Positions 10,855 through 21,796 of a stretch of 64,000 nucleotides of DNA are shown piece by piece; positions within the stretch are counted from its first letter, which is position 1, and each line of letters opens with the position of its first letter. The stretch lies in contig CAWCIZ010000003.1 of the NCBI GenBank assembly GCA_963795855.1, positions 352,001 to 416,000 of the forward strand. Direction: 5' to 3'. The notes below the pieces were generated by a model that saw only the letters and a program-made list of their open reading frames with translations, was not told the DNA's origin and ran no database searches. This DNA is from Vulcanimicrobiota bacterium. Lineage in GTDB: Bacteria > Vulcanimicrobiota > Vulcanimicrobiia > Vulcanimicrobiales > Vulcanimicrobiaceae. The position numbers and the translations under genes were made by a program.

Positions 10855-11662
10855 ATGGCAAGGCAACTCGCGGTTCTTCTTTTGATAGGCCTGTTCGCGG
10901 CAGGTGCGATGCCTGGCCGGGCCCGCGTCCAGCCGATATTTCCCGCGGCGTTCGTGCCGCCGCCCATACTCATGTATCACCGCATCGATTCCGATCGCCC
11001 GGCCGATGCCGTCGGCCGCGAGCTCACCGTCACGCCCGAGCAGTTCGAAGCACAGCTCGCTTACCTGCAGAGCCGAGGCGTAGCCGGCATCAGCATGCAG
11101 CAGTTGCTGGAGCGATTGGAGACGGGAGACTCCGCTCGATCACGTAGTCGTCCTAACGTTCGACGACGGCTATGCGGATCAGTATTCGTACGCGTTGCCG
11201 TTGCTGCACCGCTACGGCGATCGCGCGACCTTTTTCATCATCACGAGCTTGGTGGGAAAGCCGCGGCATCTCACGTGGCCGCAGCTGGAGGTGATGAGCG
11301 CTCTCGGGGAAGACCTCGCCGCCCATGGGGTGCAGCACGATGACCTCTCGCTGATGCCGGCCGCCGAGCAGGCGGCGCAAATCGACGGCTCACTGCGCTT
11401 ACTTCGCGAGAAACTGCACGTCGCGGCCGCCTCTTACTGCTATCCTTCCGGCCGCTTCAATAGGGAGACGCTCGACCTCGTGCGGCGTGCCGGCGTCGAC
11501 CTTGCGGTGACGACCGACCCGAAGTACGTGATCGGGCCGGAGAACCGCTTCGAGATGCCACGCATCCGCGTGCGCGGCGAATGGAGCCTGCCCGCCTTCG
11601 CGGCGGCGCTGCGAGGTGCGTCGGAGCGCGCGCGGATCGTCCGGCGCGATTCGGTCATTTGA
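10855..11662 (+). CDS. Exported polysaccharide deacetylase (apparent frameshift near 11130)
   Basis: Signal peptide, [17 protein letters not shown] (after the shift), HGVQH, YCYPSG. Confidence 0.8.
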
Positions 11663-11687
11663 CGCGTCCGGCGGCCTCTGCTATAGT
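11659..11687 (+). promoter_or_regulatory. Sigma70-type promoter of rpmA
   Basis: TTGACG (11659-11664), 17 bp spacer, TATAGT (11682-11687), 9 nt before the ATG. Confidence 0.7.
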
Positions 11688-11696
11688 ATCGCGGCT

Positions 11697-11978
11697 ATGT
11701 TCCTTTTCGATCTCCAGCTTTTCGCGTCCAAGAAGGGCGCGGGCTCCACGCGTAACGGCCGCGATTCGAACGCGCAGCGGCTTGGCGTTAAGAAATTCGG
11801 CGGCCAAGTGGTCATCGCCGGCAACATCCTCGTCCGCCAGCGCGGCACGCGCTTCTACCCGGGCGAGAACGTCGGTCTCGGAAAGGATCACACCCTCTTC
11901 GCGCTCGCGGACGGCACGGTCGAATTTGCGACGCATCGCAATCGCCAGCACGTTCACGTCCGCCCCGCGCTCGCGTAA
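11697..11978 (+). CDS. rpmA: 50S ribosomal protein L27 with N-terminal extension
   Basis: [36 protein letters not shown]...[10 protein letters not shown]. Confidence 0.97.
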   Translation: MFLFDLQLFASKKGAGSTRNGRDSNAQRLGVKKFGGQVVIAGNILVRQRGTRFYPGENVGLGKDHTLFALADGTVEFATHRNRQHVHVRPALA

Positions 11979-12001
11979 CGCGCGAGCCGAAAACTCTTCG
12001 C

Positions 12002-12030
12002 AAGGTCGGTCCGGAAACGGGCCGATTTTG
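12002..12030 (+). terminator. Probable intrinsic terminator after rpmA
   Basis: AAGGTCGGTCCG-GAAA-CGGGCCGATTTT hairpin followed by T-rich tract. Confidence 0.55.
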
Positions 12031-12055
12031 CTTTTCCGGCTAAGATAAACCGCTA

Positions 12056-13318
12056 GTGCAGTTCATAGACGAAGCGGCGATCGCGGTAGCTGCGGGAAAC
12101 GGCGGCGACGGTTTGGTCGCCTGGCGCCGGGAAAAATACATCCCGAAAGGCGGTCCCGCCGGTGGTGACGGCGGGCATGGCGGCACCGTCTATCTCGAAG
12201 CAACGCCCGAACTGTCCACGCTCGTCGAGTTTCGTTTCAAGCGCCAATTCGCGGCCGAATCCGGCAAGCCGGGCGGAACGTCGAACAAATCGGGCCGTAG
12301 CGGCCCGGACTTGATCATCCCCGTGCCGGTCGGAACGATCGTCTACCGCCGCGCGGAGGGCGAGGACGAAGCATTTCTCGCGGACATGCGCACGCCCGGC
12401 GAACGCGTCACGGTTGCCAAAGGCGGCCGCGGAGGTCTGGGCAATCAGCATTTCGCGACGTCCACTCGCCAGGCGCCGCGCTTCGCGGAAAAGGGTGAGC
12501 CCGGCGAGCGTTTCGCGGTGCGGCTGGAACTGCGGCTGCTCGCGGACTGCGGCATCATCGGACTTCCCAACGCGGGCAAATCGACGCTGCTCTCCGTCGT
12601 ATCGGCCGCACGGCCGAAGATTGCGGACTACCCGTTCACGACGCTCGAACCGCAGCTGGGGGTGGTGCGCGTCTCGGACGAGGAGTCGTTCGTGATGGTC
12701 GACGTGCCGGGGCTGATCGAAGGCGCTCACATGGGAGCCGGCCTGGGCGATCAGTTTCTGCGCCACGTCGAACGCACTCGCATACTGATACATCTGCTGG
12801 ACGGGGCCAAGCCGCTGGACGAAATGCTGCGCGACAAACAGATCATCGAAGAGGAACTTGCCGCTTGGAATCCCGATCTGCCGAACAAGCCCGCGATGCT
12901 CGTCGTCTCGAAACTCGATCTCCCCGACGCGCGCGAGCGTCTGCAAGAACTGCAAGCAGACTTTTCCGGCGTTCGCGGCATAAGTTCGGCGACCGGCGAG
13001 GGAGTTCGAGATTTGGTGTATGCGGCGTGGACGAGCATACAGAATGCCCCGGTTCCGGAAATCGTTACGCCTCAGGCGGCGCGTATTCACTTACGTCCGA
13101 ACGAACCGTTCACTATACAAAAACATGACGAAACGTTCGTCGTGAGCGGAGAACGCGTCGAGCGCCTCGCCGCTATGACGAACTTCGACTCCGACGAGGG
13201 GCTCGCGCGTTTCGAACAGATTCTGGCGAAGATGGGCGTGGACAAAAAACTGCGCGAACTCGGCGCGGTGGAAGGCGATACGGTTCGTATCGGTCCATAC
13301 GAGTTCACGTATTCGTAA
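12056..13318 (+). CDS. obgE: GTPase ObgE/CgtA
   Basis: FIDEA..GNGGDG..PKGGPAGGDGGHGG, GLPNAGKSTLL, DYPFTT, DVPGLIEGA; C-terminal DUF1967-like domain. Confidence 0.96.
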   Translation: MQFIDEAAIAVAAGNGGDGLVAWRREKYIPKGGPAGGDGGHGGTVYLEATPELSTLVEFRFKRQFAAESGKPGGTSNKSGRSGPDLIIPVPVGTIVYRRAEGEDEAFLADMRTPGERVTVAKGGRGGLGNQHFATSTRQAPRFAEKGEPGERFAVRLELRLLADCGIIGLPNAGKSTLLSVVSAARPKIADYPFTTLEPQLGVVRVSDEESFVMVDVPGLIEGAHMGAGLGDQFLRHVERTRILIHLLDGAKPLDEMLRDKQIIEEELAAWNPDLPNKPAMLVVSKLDLPDARERLQELQADFSGVRGISSATGEGVRDLVYAAWTSIQNAPVPEIVTPQAARIHLRPNEPFTIQKHDETFVVSGERVERLAAMTNFDSDEGLARFEQILAKMGVDKKLRELGAVEGDTVRIGPYEFTYS

Positions 13319-13327
13319 AAGGAGCTT

Positions 13328-13939
13328 ATGCGTTTAGGAATTTTCGGCGGAACGTTCGATCCGATTCACAACATTCATCTGTTCGTCGCGGAGTCGGCGC
13401 GCCTGATGGAACGGTTGGACGGCGTGCTGTTCGTTCCAACCAGTAAAGTGCATTACCGTTCGAAACCGGAAGCTTCCGCCGAACACCGCTGCGCGATGAT
13501 TCTCGGTGCGATCGAAGACAATCCGCATTTCACGCTCGACGACACCGATTTGCGGCCGGCATCGACCGGATATACCGCGGATCTGCTTCCGAAAATTCAA
13601 ATGAAGTATTCGGATGCCTCGCTGACGTTCATCACTGGCGCCGATTCTTTGGCGAGCAACTCGTGGGTGCGTTTCGAAGAAGCGCTCGAATCGCTCGAGA
13701 GCTTCGTCATCGCCCCCCGCGCGGGCGTAAGCGGCGAGGCGGTCGCGCGCGTGCTCGCCGCCGTTCCCAACGCGCTGAGAACGCGCATTAAAACGCTGCA
13801 TTTGCCGGAGATGCCCGAAAGCTCGACGCTGGTTCGCACGCTGCTCTCGCAAGGTAAGTCCGTGCGCTACCTTGTGCCGGAGCCAGTCTGGGCGTACATC
13901 ACGGCGCACAACGTGTACGGCGTTGAGACGCCTGCATAG
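13328..13939 (+). CDS. nadD: Nicotinate-nucleotide adenylyltransferase
   Basis: MRLGIFGGTFDPIHNIH, YTADLL, FITGADS, SSTLVR, YLVP. Confidence 0.9.
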   Translation: MRLGIFGGTFDPIHNIHLFVAESARLMERLDGVLFVPTSKVHYRSKPEASAEHRCAMILGAIEDNPHFTLDDTDLRPASTGYTADLLPKIQMKYSDASLTFITGADSLASNSWVRFEEALESLESFVIAPRAGVSGEAVARVLAAVPNALRTRIKTLHLPEMPESSTLVRTLLSQGKSVRYLVPEPVWAYITAHNVYGVETPA

Positions 13940-14324
13940 AGCGGCGCCTGCGGCGGCTCTCGTACTGTTTGCAGCGTGCTCGAGCGGTGCGACGAGCCTG
14001 CAAGGCGCACTCGGCACGTGCTCATCGCGTTCCTTCGGACATACCGAAGTGTACGTTCCTGCGGCAACGGTGGTACGCGTTCTCGGCGATCGAAATTCCG
14101 GAGGCGGCACGCACGAAGGCTTCATCATCGACGCGGGCGGACATTCGATCAGAGTCGAAGACAACGTCGACGTCACGGGTCCTATTCCGCTGCGCCGCGG
14201 CGACGTCGTGTCGCTCCTCGGACAATTCGAATGCGACGACGAGGTTATCCATTGGACGCATCGCGATCCCAGTGGCCGGCATGCCGCGGGGTACGTCAAA
14301 GTCAACGGCAGGCTGTATGATTAG
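13923..14324 (+). CDS. DUF3465-like lipoprotein
   Basis: Lipobox-like LFAAC; HEGFII, IHWTHRDPSGRHAAGYV; start codon uncertain (TTG 13923). Confidence 0.65.
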   Translation: MRRLHRAAPAAALVLFAACSSGATSLQGALGTCSSRSFGHTEVYVPAATVVRVLGDRNSGGGTHEGFIIDAGGHSIRVEDNVDVTGPIPLRRGDVVSLLGQFECDDEVIHWTHRDPSGRHAAGYVKVNGRLYD

Positions 14325-14937
14325 CGCGAGGGTGATCCTTGCGAGCGCGTCGCCGCGGCGCCTCGAGCTGCTCCGATCGCTGCGCTTCGAGGTTGAAGTG
14401 CTGCCGAGCAACTACAGCGAGCCCGAGCATCCCCATTTGGTGCCGCGCGATCTCGCCATTCTGCACGCTCGCCACAAGTGCGAGGACGTGCGCCGCACGC
14501 TGCGTGAAACGGCGCGCGAGACGAGCGGCGTTTTGATCGTCGCCGCGGACACGGTCGTCGACGTCGACGGCGTTGCGTACAATAAACCGGCGGACGAACG
14601 CGACGCGCGCCGCATGCTGCAAGATCTCTCCGGACGCACGCACATAGTGCACACTGCATTCGCACTCGCGGTCCACGATCGCGCGGAACTCATCGAGCAC
14701 TGCGAGAGCACGTTCGTCACGTTTTTTCCGCTCGGCGATGAAGAAATCGATGCGTACGTTGCAAGTAAAGAGCCGATGGACAAGGCGGGCGCGTACGGAA
14801 TCCAAGGCGTTGGAGCGACGCTCGTAGAGCGCGTGGAGGGCGATTTTTACACGGTGATGGGCTTCCCGCTGGCCAGGTTCGTCCGCACGCTTTACCGGTT
14901 GGGAATTTCTCTGCCGATAACGAATCCAAGCAGCTAA
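14317..14937 (+). CDS. maf: Maf-family nucleoside triphosphate pyrophosphatase
   Basis: ILASASPRRLELL, AADTVV, KP, DKAGAYGIQG, GDFYTVMGFP. Confidence 0.93.
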   Translation: MISARVILASASPRRLELLRSLRFEVEVLPSNYSEPEHPHLVPRDLAILHARHKCEDVRRTLRETARETSGVLIVAADTVVDVDGVAYNKPADERDARRMLQDLSGRTHIVHTAFALAVHDRAELIEHCESTFVTFFPLGDEEIDAYVASKEPMDKAGAYGIQGVGATLVERVEGDFYTVMGFPLARFVRTLYRLGISLPITNPSS

Positions 14938-15012
14938 AGAAAACGCGCAGGCGATCGGGGTAGGGCCATATTTACATATCGTGACGAGCGTAGACTCTTC
15001 GCGGTAATCTCC

Positions 15013-15774
15013 GTGATTATCGTGACGGCTCTCGTTGCCCTCATCCAAGTAAGCGCTGCCCGAAACGGCGCCCCGAGTCCGCTCACGACCGCGTTGACGA
15101 CCGCCGGTATGGCGATCGAGGAGGCGGCCAGCACCACGGTCGGCGTGATACGCGGCACCGGCCAAGCAGTGGGGAGCTTGCCGGGCCTGGCGCACGACAA
15201 CGGCGCGCTCCGCGCACAAAACATCTCGCTCGAACGCGAAAACGGGCGGCTGCACGAACTGCTTGCCGCCTATCAGCAAGACACGGCGCTCGCACCCCGT
15301 CTCGCGGAGTATCCGAAAGCGGTGGAGGCACGCATCATCGGCTTTCCGCCCGAAAACGGTATCCAAAGCGTGATGATAGACAAGGGCACCAAAAACGGAT
15401 TGAGCCGCGATGACGGCGTGCTGTCCGCCGACGGGGTGGTGGGGCGAATCGTCGAGGCCGGTCCGTTCACGAGCAAAGTCGCGCTGTTGACAGACTTCAC
15501 CAGCAAAATTCCGGCGATCGTGCAGCGGGGCCGCTATTGGGGCGTGGCGCAAGGCAACCAAAGCAGCGTCCGGCTCGATTACGTTTCGCAGGACGCGCCG
15601 CTGCGCATCGGCGATCGCGTCGTTACGGGCGAAGCGCGCTCGTTTCACTCCGGTGCGCTGATCGGCACGATCGTGCAGATCGAGCGCAGTGACTCCAGCC
15701 TTTACCAAACGGCCGTCGTGAAGCCGGCCGCCGATTTTTCCACCCTCGATCGCGTTATCGTTGTTTCGAAGTAA
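15013..15774 (+). CDS. mreC: Rod shape-determining protein MreC (true start may be ATA at 14968)
   Basis: TM helix, coiled coil (LERENGRLHELL), IDKGTKNG, GVVGRI, VVKPAADFSTLDRV; upstream of mreD-mrdA. Confidence 0.88.
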   Translation: MIIVTALVALIQVSAARNGAPSPLTTALTTAGMAIEEAASTTVGVIRGTGQAVGSLPGLAHDNGALRAQNISLERENGRLHELLAAYQQDTALAPRLAEYPKAVEARIIGFPPENGIQSVMIDKGTKNGLSRDDGVLSADGVVGRIVEAGPFTSKVALLTDFTSKIPAIVQRGRYWGVAQGNQSSVRLDYVSQDAPLRIGDRVVTGEARSFHSGALIGTIVQIERSDSSLYQTAVVKPAADFSTLDRVIVVSK

Positions 15775-16318
15775 CGAACCAACCGGCGTCCGCGTAAACA
15801 CGCGCACCGGCCCAGTCAGCGCTCCGATTGCCGCGCCCTCCGGGTGGCTCGCGGCGCTGTACCTGCTGCTCGCACTGCTCGCGCAGCTGGAACTCATGCA
15901 CTACCTGAGTTTTCGCGGCGCCGAGGCAAGCGCGGTACTGGTCGTGGTCGTCTGGTACGCGCTGCGGGCGGACTTCGTTCAGGCGGCTGTTTTCGGCTTG
16001 GCGGCCGGTCTTTGCGAAGACATTTTCAGCGCGCAAACGGGAATCGCGTGGACCGCGGCGACTCCGCTTACCGCGCTGTTCGTGAGTTGGCTGTCGCGAT
16101 GGTTCTTTGCCGATTCGATTCCGATCGTCGCCGGCGTCGTGCTTGCCGGCACGCTGGTGCGCCGCATGCTTTTCTGGGTCGTGATGGCGCTGCAGGGCTA
16201 TCCGCCCGGCTACGCGCGCCTGCATTTGCATCAGGCACTTTGGGAAGCGCTGCTCAATGCGCTGCTCGTCTCGGCGTTTATGCTCGTTAGCCGATTTCGG
16301 GAGTCCCGCAGCGCGTGA
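15761..16318 (+). CDS. mreD: Rod shape-determining protein MreD
   Basis: Hydrophobic multi-TM protein with FGLAAGLCEDIFS, located between mreC and PBP2; start uncertain. Confidence 0.82.
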   Translation: MFRSNEPTGVRVNTRTGPVSAPIAAPSGWLAALYLLLALLAQLELMHYLSFRGAEASAVLVVVVWYALRADFVQAAVFGLAAGLCEDIFSAQTGIAWTAATPLTALFVSWLSRWFFADSIPIVAGVVLAGTLVRRMLFWVVMALQGYPPGYARLHLHQALWEALLNALLVSAFMLVSRFRESRSA

Positions 16319-18174
16319 AGCAATACGGCCGGCGTCAAATGCGCTGGGAGTTCTCTTCATGGCGCGTTGCCTTCTTCGCCGCGATGACGCTCATCGCGCT
16401 GATCGTCGTCATCGTGCGGCTGATACAGGTGCAACTCGTGCACGGCGAAGAGTACCGCGCCGCGGCGCAAGCGAATCAGATTCGGCTCATTCCCGTTGCG
16501 GCGCCGCGCGGTTTGGTGTACGACCGCGACGGCAAGGTGATCGTCCGCAGCCGTCCGGAATTCGTCGTCGCGCTCATTCCCTCGCTCGTAAAAGACGTCG
16601 ATTCCGAATTGCGGACCGTTGCGCAAACGATCGGCGTTCCGGAAAAGCAGCTCCGCGAGCAATTGCTGCATCACCACGGCGTCAATTACAAGAATTTCGA
16701 CGAAGTCGTCGTGTACGAGCCGTACGGGCCCGTGATTCTCGCCAGCGACATTCCGGTCGCGAAGGTGAGCCGGCTCTCAGAAATTTTGAACGACCTGCCG
16801 GGCGTCGACGTCGAGGTGCAGGCCGTCCGCAATTATCCGCACGGGAGTGAGGGTTCCGCGGTCTTCGGCTACGTCGGGCAAATCACTCCGGACGAATACA
16901 AGCGCCTGCGCAGTCAAGGGTATTCGATGAACGACGTCGTCGGAAAAGACGGCATCGAATACGAGTACGACAAGTATCTTCGCGGGCAGCCGGGCGGTCA
17001 ACGCATCGTCGTCGACTCGCAAAGCCAGGTCGTCCCCAACATCAAACTTCCGCCGAAGCAGCCCGTGCCCGGCGATAGTCTGGTACTCAACATCGATTGG
17101 CGCCTGCAGCAGATCGCGGACGAAGCGCTGGAGCAGGGCGTGCGCTCCTGGACCGGCGGCAAGTACCGGCTGGGCGCGGCCGTCGCAATTCTCGATCCGT
17201 GGTCGGGACGCGTGCTCGCCCTTTCGAGCTATCCGCGCTACGATCCGAACGCGTTCGCATCCGACGACTATAAAAAGATCGCGAAGTATCTGCTCGATCC
17301 GCTCGATCCGTTGTTCGATCGCGCGATCGCGGCAGCGACGCCGACGGGATCGACGTTTAAGATGATCACCGGATCCGCCGCACTCACGACCGGCGTCGTC
17401 AAAGTGAATGAAAACGTCTACGACTCCGGCGCGTGGAACTGCTACGGCGCGGAATTCGAAGACATCGCCTCCGGCGGTTTGGGCAACACAGCGTTCGTGC
17501 ACGCACTCGCGGCTTCGTCGGACGGCTACTTCTATCAGATGGGCTATCGCTTGGGGAACGATCGATTGCGCAAGTACGCGCAATACTACGGCATCGGTCA
17601 AAGAACCGGTATCGACCTACCGGGCGAGTTTGCGGGTAACTATCCGACCAATGCCTGGATGCTGAAAGTCGCCGGGGTTCCCCTCGAACCGTCCGACGTC
17701 TGCAGCTTGGCCATCGGGCAAGGCGCACTCGAAGCCACGCCTTTGCAGATGGCCACCGTCGAATCCGCGGTCGTGAACGGCGGAACGCTGTACAAACCGG
17801 AGATCGCCTGGCAAGTGCGCGATCCGCAAGGACACGTCATCCGCACGTTCGATCCGCAGGTGCGCCGGCACGTTCCCGTCACGCCGGAGTCGCTCAAAGC
17901 CGTGCGCGAAGGCATGGATCAAGTGACGGAGCCATGGGGAACCGCGTATGGACTCGCAATCAACGGGCTGCCTTACGGCGGAAAAACCGGAACCGCGGAA
18001 ACCGGAAACGGCGCCGGCGCGAACACCACGTGGTTCGTCGCGTACGCACCCGCCAAACACGCGAAGATCGCAATGGCCGTGTTCGTCGATCGCTCCGGCG
18101 GCTACGGAGCGTCCGTCGCGGCGCCGATCGCGCGCCAGATCATGGTGAAGTACTTCAACATCAAAAACCCGTAG
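16315..18174 (+). CDS. mrdA: Penicillin-binding protein 2
   Basis: APRGLVYDRDG, SxxK (GSTFK), SSD, KTGTAE motifs. Confidence 0.92.
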   Translation: MKQYGRRQMRWEFSSWRVAFFAAMTLIALIVVIVRLIQVQLVHGEEYRAAAQANQIRLIPVAAPRGLVYDRDGKVIVRSRPEFVVALIPSLVKDVDSELRTVAQTIGVPEKQLREQLLHHHGVNYKNFDEVVVYEPYGPVILASDIPVAKVSRLSEILNDLPGVDVEVQAVRNYPHGSEGSAVFGYVGQITPDEYKRLRSQGYSMNDVVGKDGIEYEYDKYLRGQPGGQRIVVDSQSQVVPNIKLPPKQPVPGDSLVLNIDWRLQQIADEALEQGVRSWTGGKYRLGAAVAILDPWSGRVLALSSYPRYDPNAFASDDYKKIAKYLLDPLDPLFDRAIAAATPTGSTFKMITGSAALTTGVVKVNENVYDSGAWNCYGAEFEDIASGGLGNTAFVHALAASSDGYFYQMGYRLGNDRLRKYAQYYGIGQRTGIDLPGEFAGNYPTNAWMLKVAGVPLEPSDVCSLAIGQGALEATPLQMATVESAVVNGGTLYKPEIAWQVRDPQGHVIRTFDPQVRRHVPVTPESLKAVREGMDQVTEPWGTAYGLAINGLPYGGKTGTAETGNGAGANTTWFVAYAPAKHAKIAMAVFVDRSGGYGASVAAPIARQIMVKYFNIKNP

Positions 18175-18481
18175 GCGAAGCTGAGCGCCGAAGCGCCGAT
18201 TCGATTGCGGATCGAACCGCCGGATTTCGTTCCTCGCTTCGCGCGCGTTCGAGAATCGAGCGGCTCCAAGCAGTATTGAGTATGCCCAGGCGTTCCGCGA
18301 CGTCCATGCGCAATCGCGCGTCGGCCTGCGTAAGCGAATCGTCGACGAGCTGCGTCCATTGCACGGAAGAGCGCGCCCGCGCCGGCTTACGGCGCGATCC
18401 CATTAGCGCGGAAGCGATCCCGAGCAGCAGTACGCCGACGACAACGACGACGGCCAGGAGGATCCACGCTGCCGACGACAC
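18161..18481 (-). CDS. Small membrane-anchored protein with HEAT-like repeat
   Basis: TM segment WILLAVVVVVGVLLLGIASAL, then RMDVAERLG...EERNPAVRSAIESAL; GTG start inferred. Confidence 0.6.
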   Translation of the reverse strand: MSSAAWILLAVVVVVGVLLLGIASALMGSRRKPARARSSVQWTQLVDDSLTQADARLRMDVAERLGILNTAWSRSILERARSEERNPAVRSAIESALRRSASPTGF

Positions 18482-18489
18482 GGTGCCGG

Positions 18490-21400
18490 CTAAGGAATGC
18501 TGTACTGGGCCGCGGCGCGCAGCGCGTCCAGCACCGCCCCAAGCGCATCGTCCAGCGTGCGATTGACGCTCGACGTCAAAACGCGATGGAACTCCGACAT
18601 CGGCAGCGTCTCCAGCACGGTGAAGACTTTGACGAGCTCCGTGCGATACAAACCGAGAACGCCGCTGTGGGTTTGCTCGACGCCGGTCGAAGCGCCGTCG
18701 TAATCGACCCGCTCGCCAAGCAAATGCGCGCTGACGATCCACGGCGCGACCGAGCCCAGCGGCGTTTGCTCCAGTTCGGCAGCGCGACGCGCGAGCGCGG
18801 CGCGGTCGGGTGAACCGCTCAAACGCACGACGCCTTGCGGCCGCTGCGGCATCGGTTCGGGCGGTGCTTCCAAAACCGCGGCGATCAGTCCGCGCAGCGC
18901 GAAACGGCTGTCGCGATCTTCCAAGTCTTTCGCCGTGATTGCAAGGCGTGGGACGCGCAGGCGTACGAAAAAGCGGTCCAGCGGTGCGCGAATCGCGCGC
19001 GACCCGTTCTCCACGATCTGCGCGAGCTGTACGTTCCTGCCGGCAATCGCGTTGGGAAAGAGCGCGCGAACTGCAAAGACGTGAGGGACGAGGCCACCGG
19101 CATCGCTTTTTTCCAGCGTGCGGATCGCTTGCGTCAGTTCCTCTTGCGAGAAATCCAGGTAGAGCACGGGGCACGGCGCGGCAAAGTCTTCCGCCGCACT
19201 TTCTTGGACGAGCGGGGAGCCCTCGATACGCGGCTCGCGATCTTCGGCTGCGGATTGCGACGGCGCAGTGGGCCGAGGACGTTCATCGATCGGCGGCGGA
19301 ACGATCGTTTCAGGCGCCGGAGACTTCGAGCGCAGGCTGCAGCGCGGCTACGGAGATCGGCGTTCCGGTACTGCCGGCTTCCAGAGACGGCGTTGAGAGG
19401 ACGCGCAGCGTGGGCGCCGCCAAGCCGATGGAGTGGCCGCCGTCCCATTCGACGACGGCGCGCGTATCGATCGCCGTCCCTTCCGCGAGCGGCGCAATGA
19501 CGAGCATCTCCCAACGCACGCGCAGTTCTACGCCGGGATTCACGTCGGTCAGCGCCAATCCGCGCTGCGACCACAACTGGGAGGTTCCCAAGTCATCGCC
19601 CAACGCCATGCCGTTCAGCGTCGTGCTGCCCGGAACGTAAACGGCGAGATTCGACGGTACGGCGCGCACCACGAGATGTTCGGCCGGACCATCGCCGCTG
19701 TTGCGCAGCGCGATCTCGTACGCCGCGCGATCGCCGGCGTTGATCGTCTCGGGGGGATTGCAGCGCAATTGCGCCTGATCTTCGAATTCCGGCTGCGCAA
19801 ACGTCGCGATCTCCAGCGCTTCGAAATGGACGGGGCTGATCCCGCGGCCGGACAACGTACCTTCCAGCGCAAACGTGCGATCGCGCCGCGCCCGCAGCAG
19901 ACGCACGCTGATGCGCGCTTCGTGCGTCGTCTCCGCCGGAACGTCGCCGAAACGCAGGCCGCCGGCGCCTTCGCGATGCGCGTTGAGCGCGCGCTCGATC
20001 GCGAGCTCGGCTGGAAGCGTGAGTTCCAATCGCGCGTCGCGCAATGCGTCCGGTCCATCGTTCGTGAACCGAATCGCTATGTCGTGCGTCTGTCCGGGCC
20101 GAAGCGCTTCGGATTGCACGCGTTCCCACGTGCACGACTCCGCGGCGACGTGCGGACGCGACCGCACGACGACGGTCGCGACGCCCAAATCGAACGTTCC
20201 GGCGCCGAATTCGAGCACCGCCCCGAGCGTGACGTGCGAACGATCGGGCACGGGCGAAGCAACGCGCGCGCGTATCGTGAACGTGCGCTCCGCATGCGGC
20301 TGCACGATGCCCAGCGAGAACGGTTCCGCGTACGCCACCGGCTCGTCGGGCGATTCCGCGATTCGCACCTCTTCCAAAAACGCGCCCGGAATAACGCGCA
20401 GATTTACGTCCGGCTCCGCCGCCGTGCCGTCGTTGAACACGTGCGCCGTGAACGTCACGTCTTCACGCGCGGCGACGAGTCCGCGATCGACCTCGATGTA
20501 ATTACGCGCGCGAGTGAAGCGTGAGTTCGCGCGAACGCGCAGCGTCCGGGCGAAGCGCCGTTCGAGAATCTTGCCGGAACCGCTCGAGGGACCTTTCCAT
20601 CGCAGGACGGCCGCGATGGGAAGTTCGCCGCCGTTCTGCATCGTGACGATGCTCGCAATGCCCGCGTCGGCGATGCGTCCGGACGGCAGCGTTCCGAGTG
20701 AAAACGCGGATCCCGCGAATGCTTCCTCGCCGACGGGCTGCCCGTCCAGATGCGCAGATCCGGGTGTGTACACCAGGCCGTCAGGCAGTTCAAAAGCGAT
20801 CGACACGTTATGCGCTTCGCCCGTGCCGCCGTTCACGATACGGGCGGTCATGGGCACGCGCGTGCCGGGCGAAACAACGTCGTCGCAAAACACGGTAAGC
20901 GCGGTTTCGTCGTTGGCGAAATCGGCCGGCGATCGCACGACGATCTCCGCCGACGTGACCGGAAACTCTTCCACTTCCCGCGAGGAAATTGCGCCGGCGG
21001 CTTTGATCCGCGTACCGTCCGCGAGCGGCGATTCGATCGCGGCTTGATATTCTGCGACGATCGACTGGCCGGGCGCCAACCGCTCCGCGACGATCGTTTC
21101 GTTCGCGTAATCGAACGGTTCGCTCGGCGCGTTCACGAGCGCGCGCCCGGCGATGCGCGCGCTGCGCTGAACGTACGTCGTGTTTGCGGGCAGCGGGAGG
21201 AATGCAAGGACGTCGTGCGCTGTCGATGCGCCGGTGTTGACGATGGTGGCTTGAATGACGATGACGTCGCCGGGTTTCGGCTCACCGGGCGCCAGAATCG
21301 TCAGCAGCGTCGTCGTATTCTGCAGCAGCGGCAGGCTACGCACGACCAGCCGTTCGCGATTCGAGCCGAGAACCGGCGTCTGTTCGGTGCTGAGCGCGGC

Positions 21401-21784
21401 TTGAAAAAAAAGTTCCGAGCCGTCTTCGATACGTGCGTCGACGCGAAAGCTGCACGCGACGCGGCGCTGCGCGTTTTGCGCGAGCTCACCGAGGGCGGCG
21501 CCTTCGGGGGCGACGAGCCGCTCACCCTCGAGCGGCGCATCGTCGAGCGTATCGCTGCCGTCGATTGCCGTTACACCCGACGGCGCGGCAAAACGCACGC
21601 GAACGCCGGTGGCGGGCGCGCCGCCGAGATTGGAAAACGCGAATTCGACGCGGATCGTTTCGCCCGGCGACACCGTTCGGCGCGGCGTCACCACGAGCGT
21701 TCGAAGACTCTCCACGAGCACCGGAGAGCCAGGTGCGAAGACGCCGGTCAGCGCGCTGGTTTGGGGCCCGTCAGTGGCTGCCAC
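18490..21784 (-). CDS. Large Ig-like (DUF11-type) six-repeat protein A (apparent frameshift near 19325)
   Basis: Six modules with N-x-G-x-x-x-A-type motif (NLGGAPA, NTGASTA, NGGTGEA, NDGTAAE, NDGPDAL, NSGDGPA) and LPDGLVYTPGS/YVPGSTTLNG; Pro-rich linker; helical C-terminal domain. Confidence 0.7.
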
Positions 21785-21796
21785 GGAAACTCGTGT

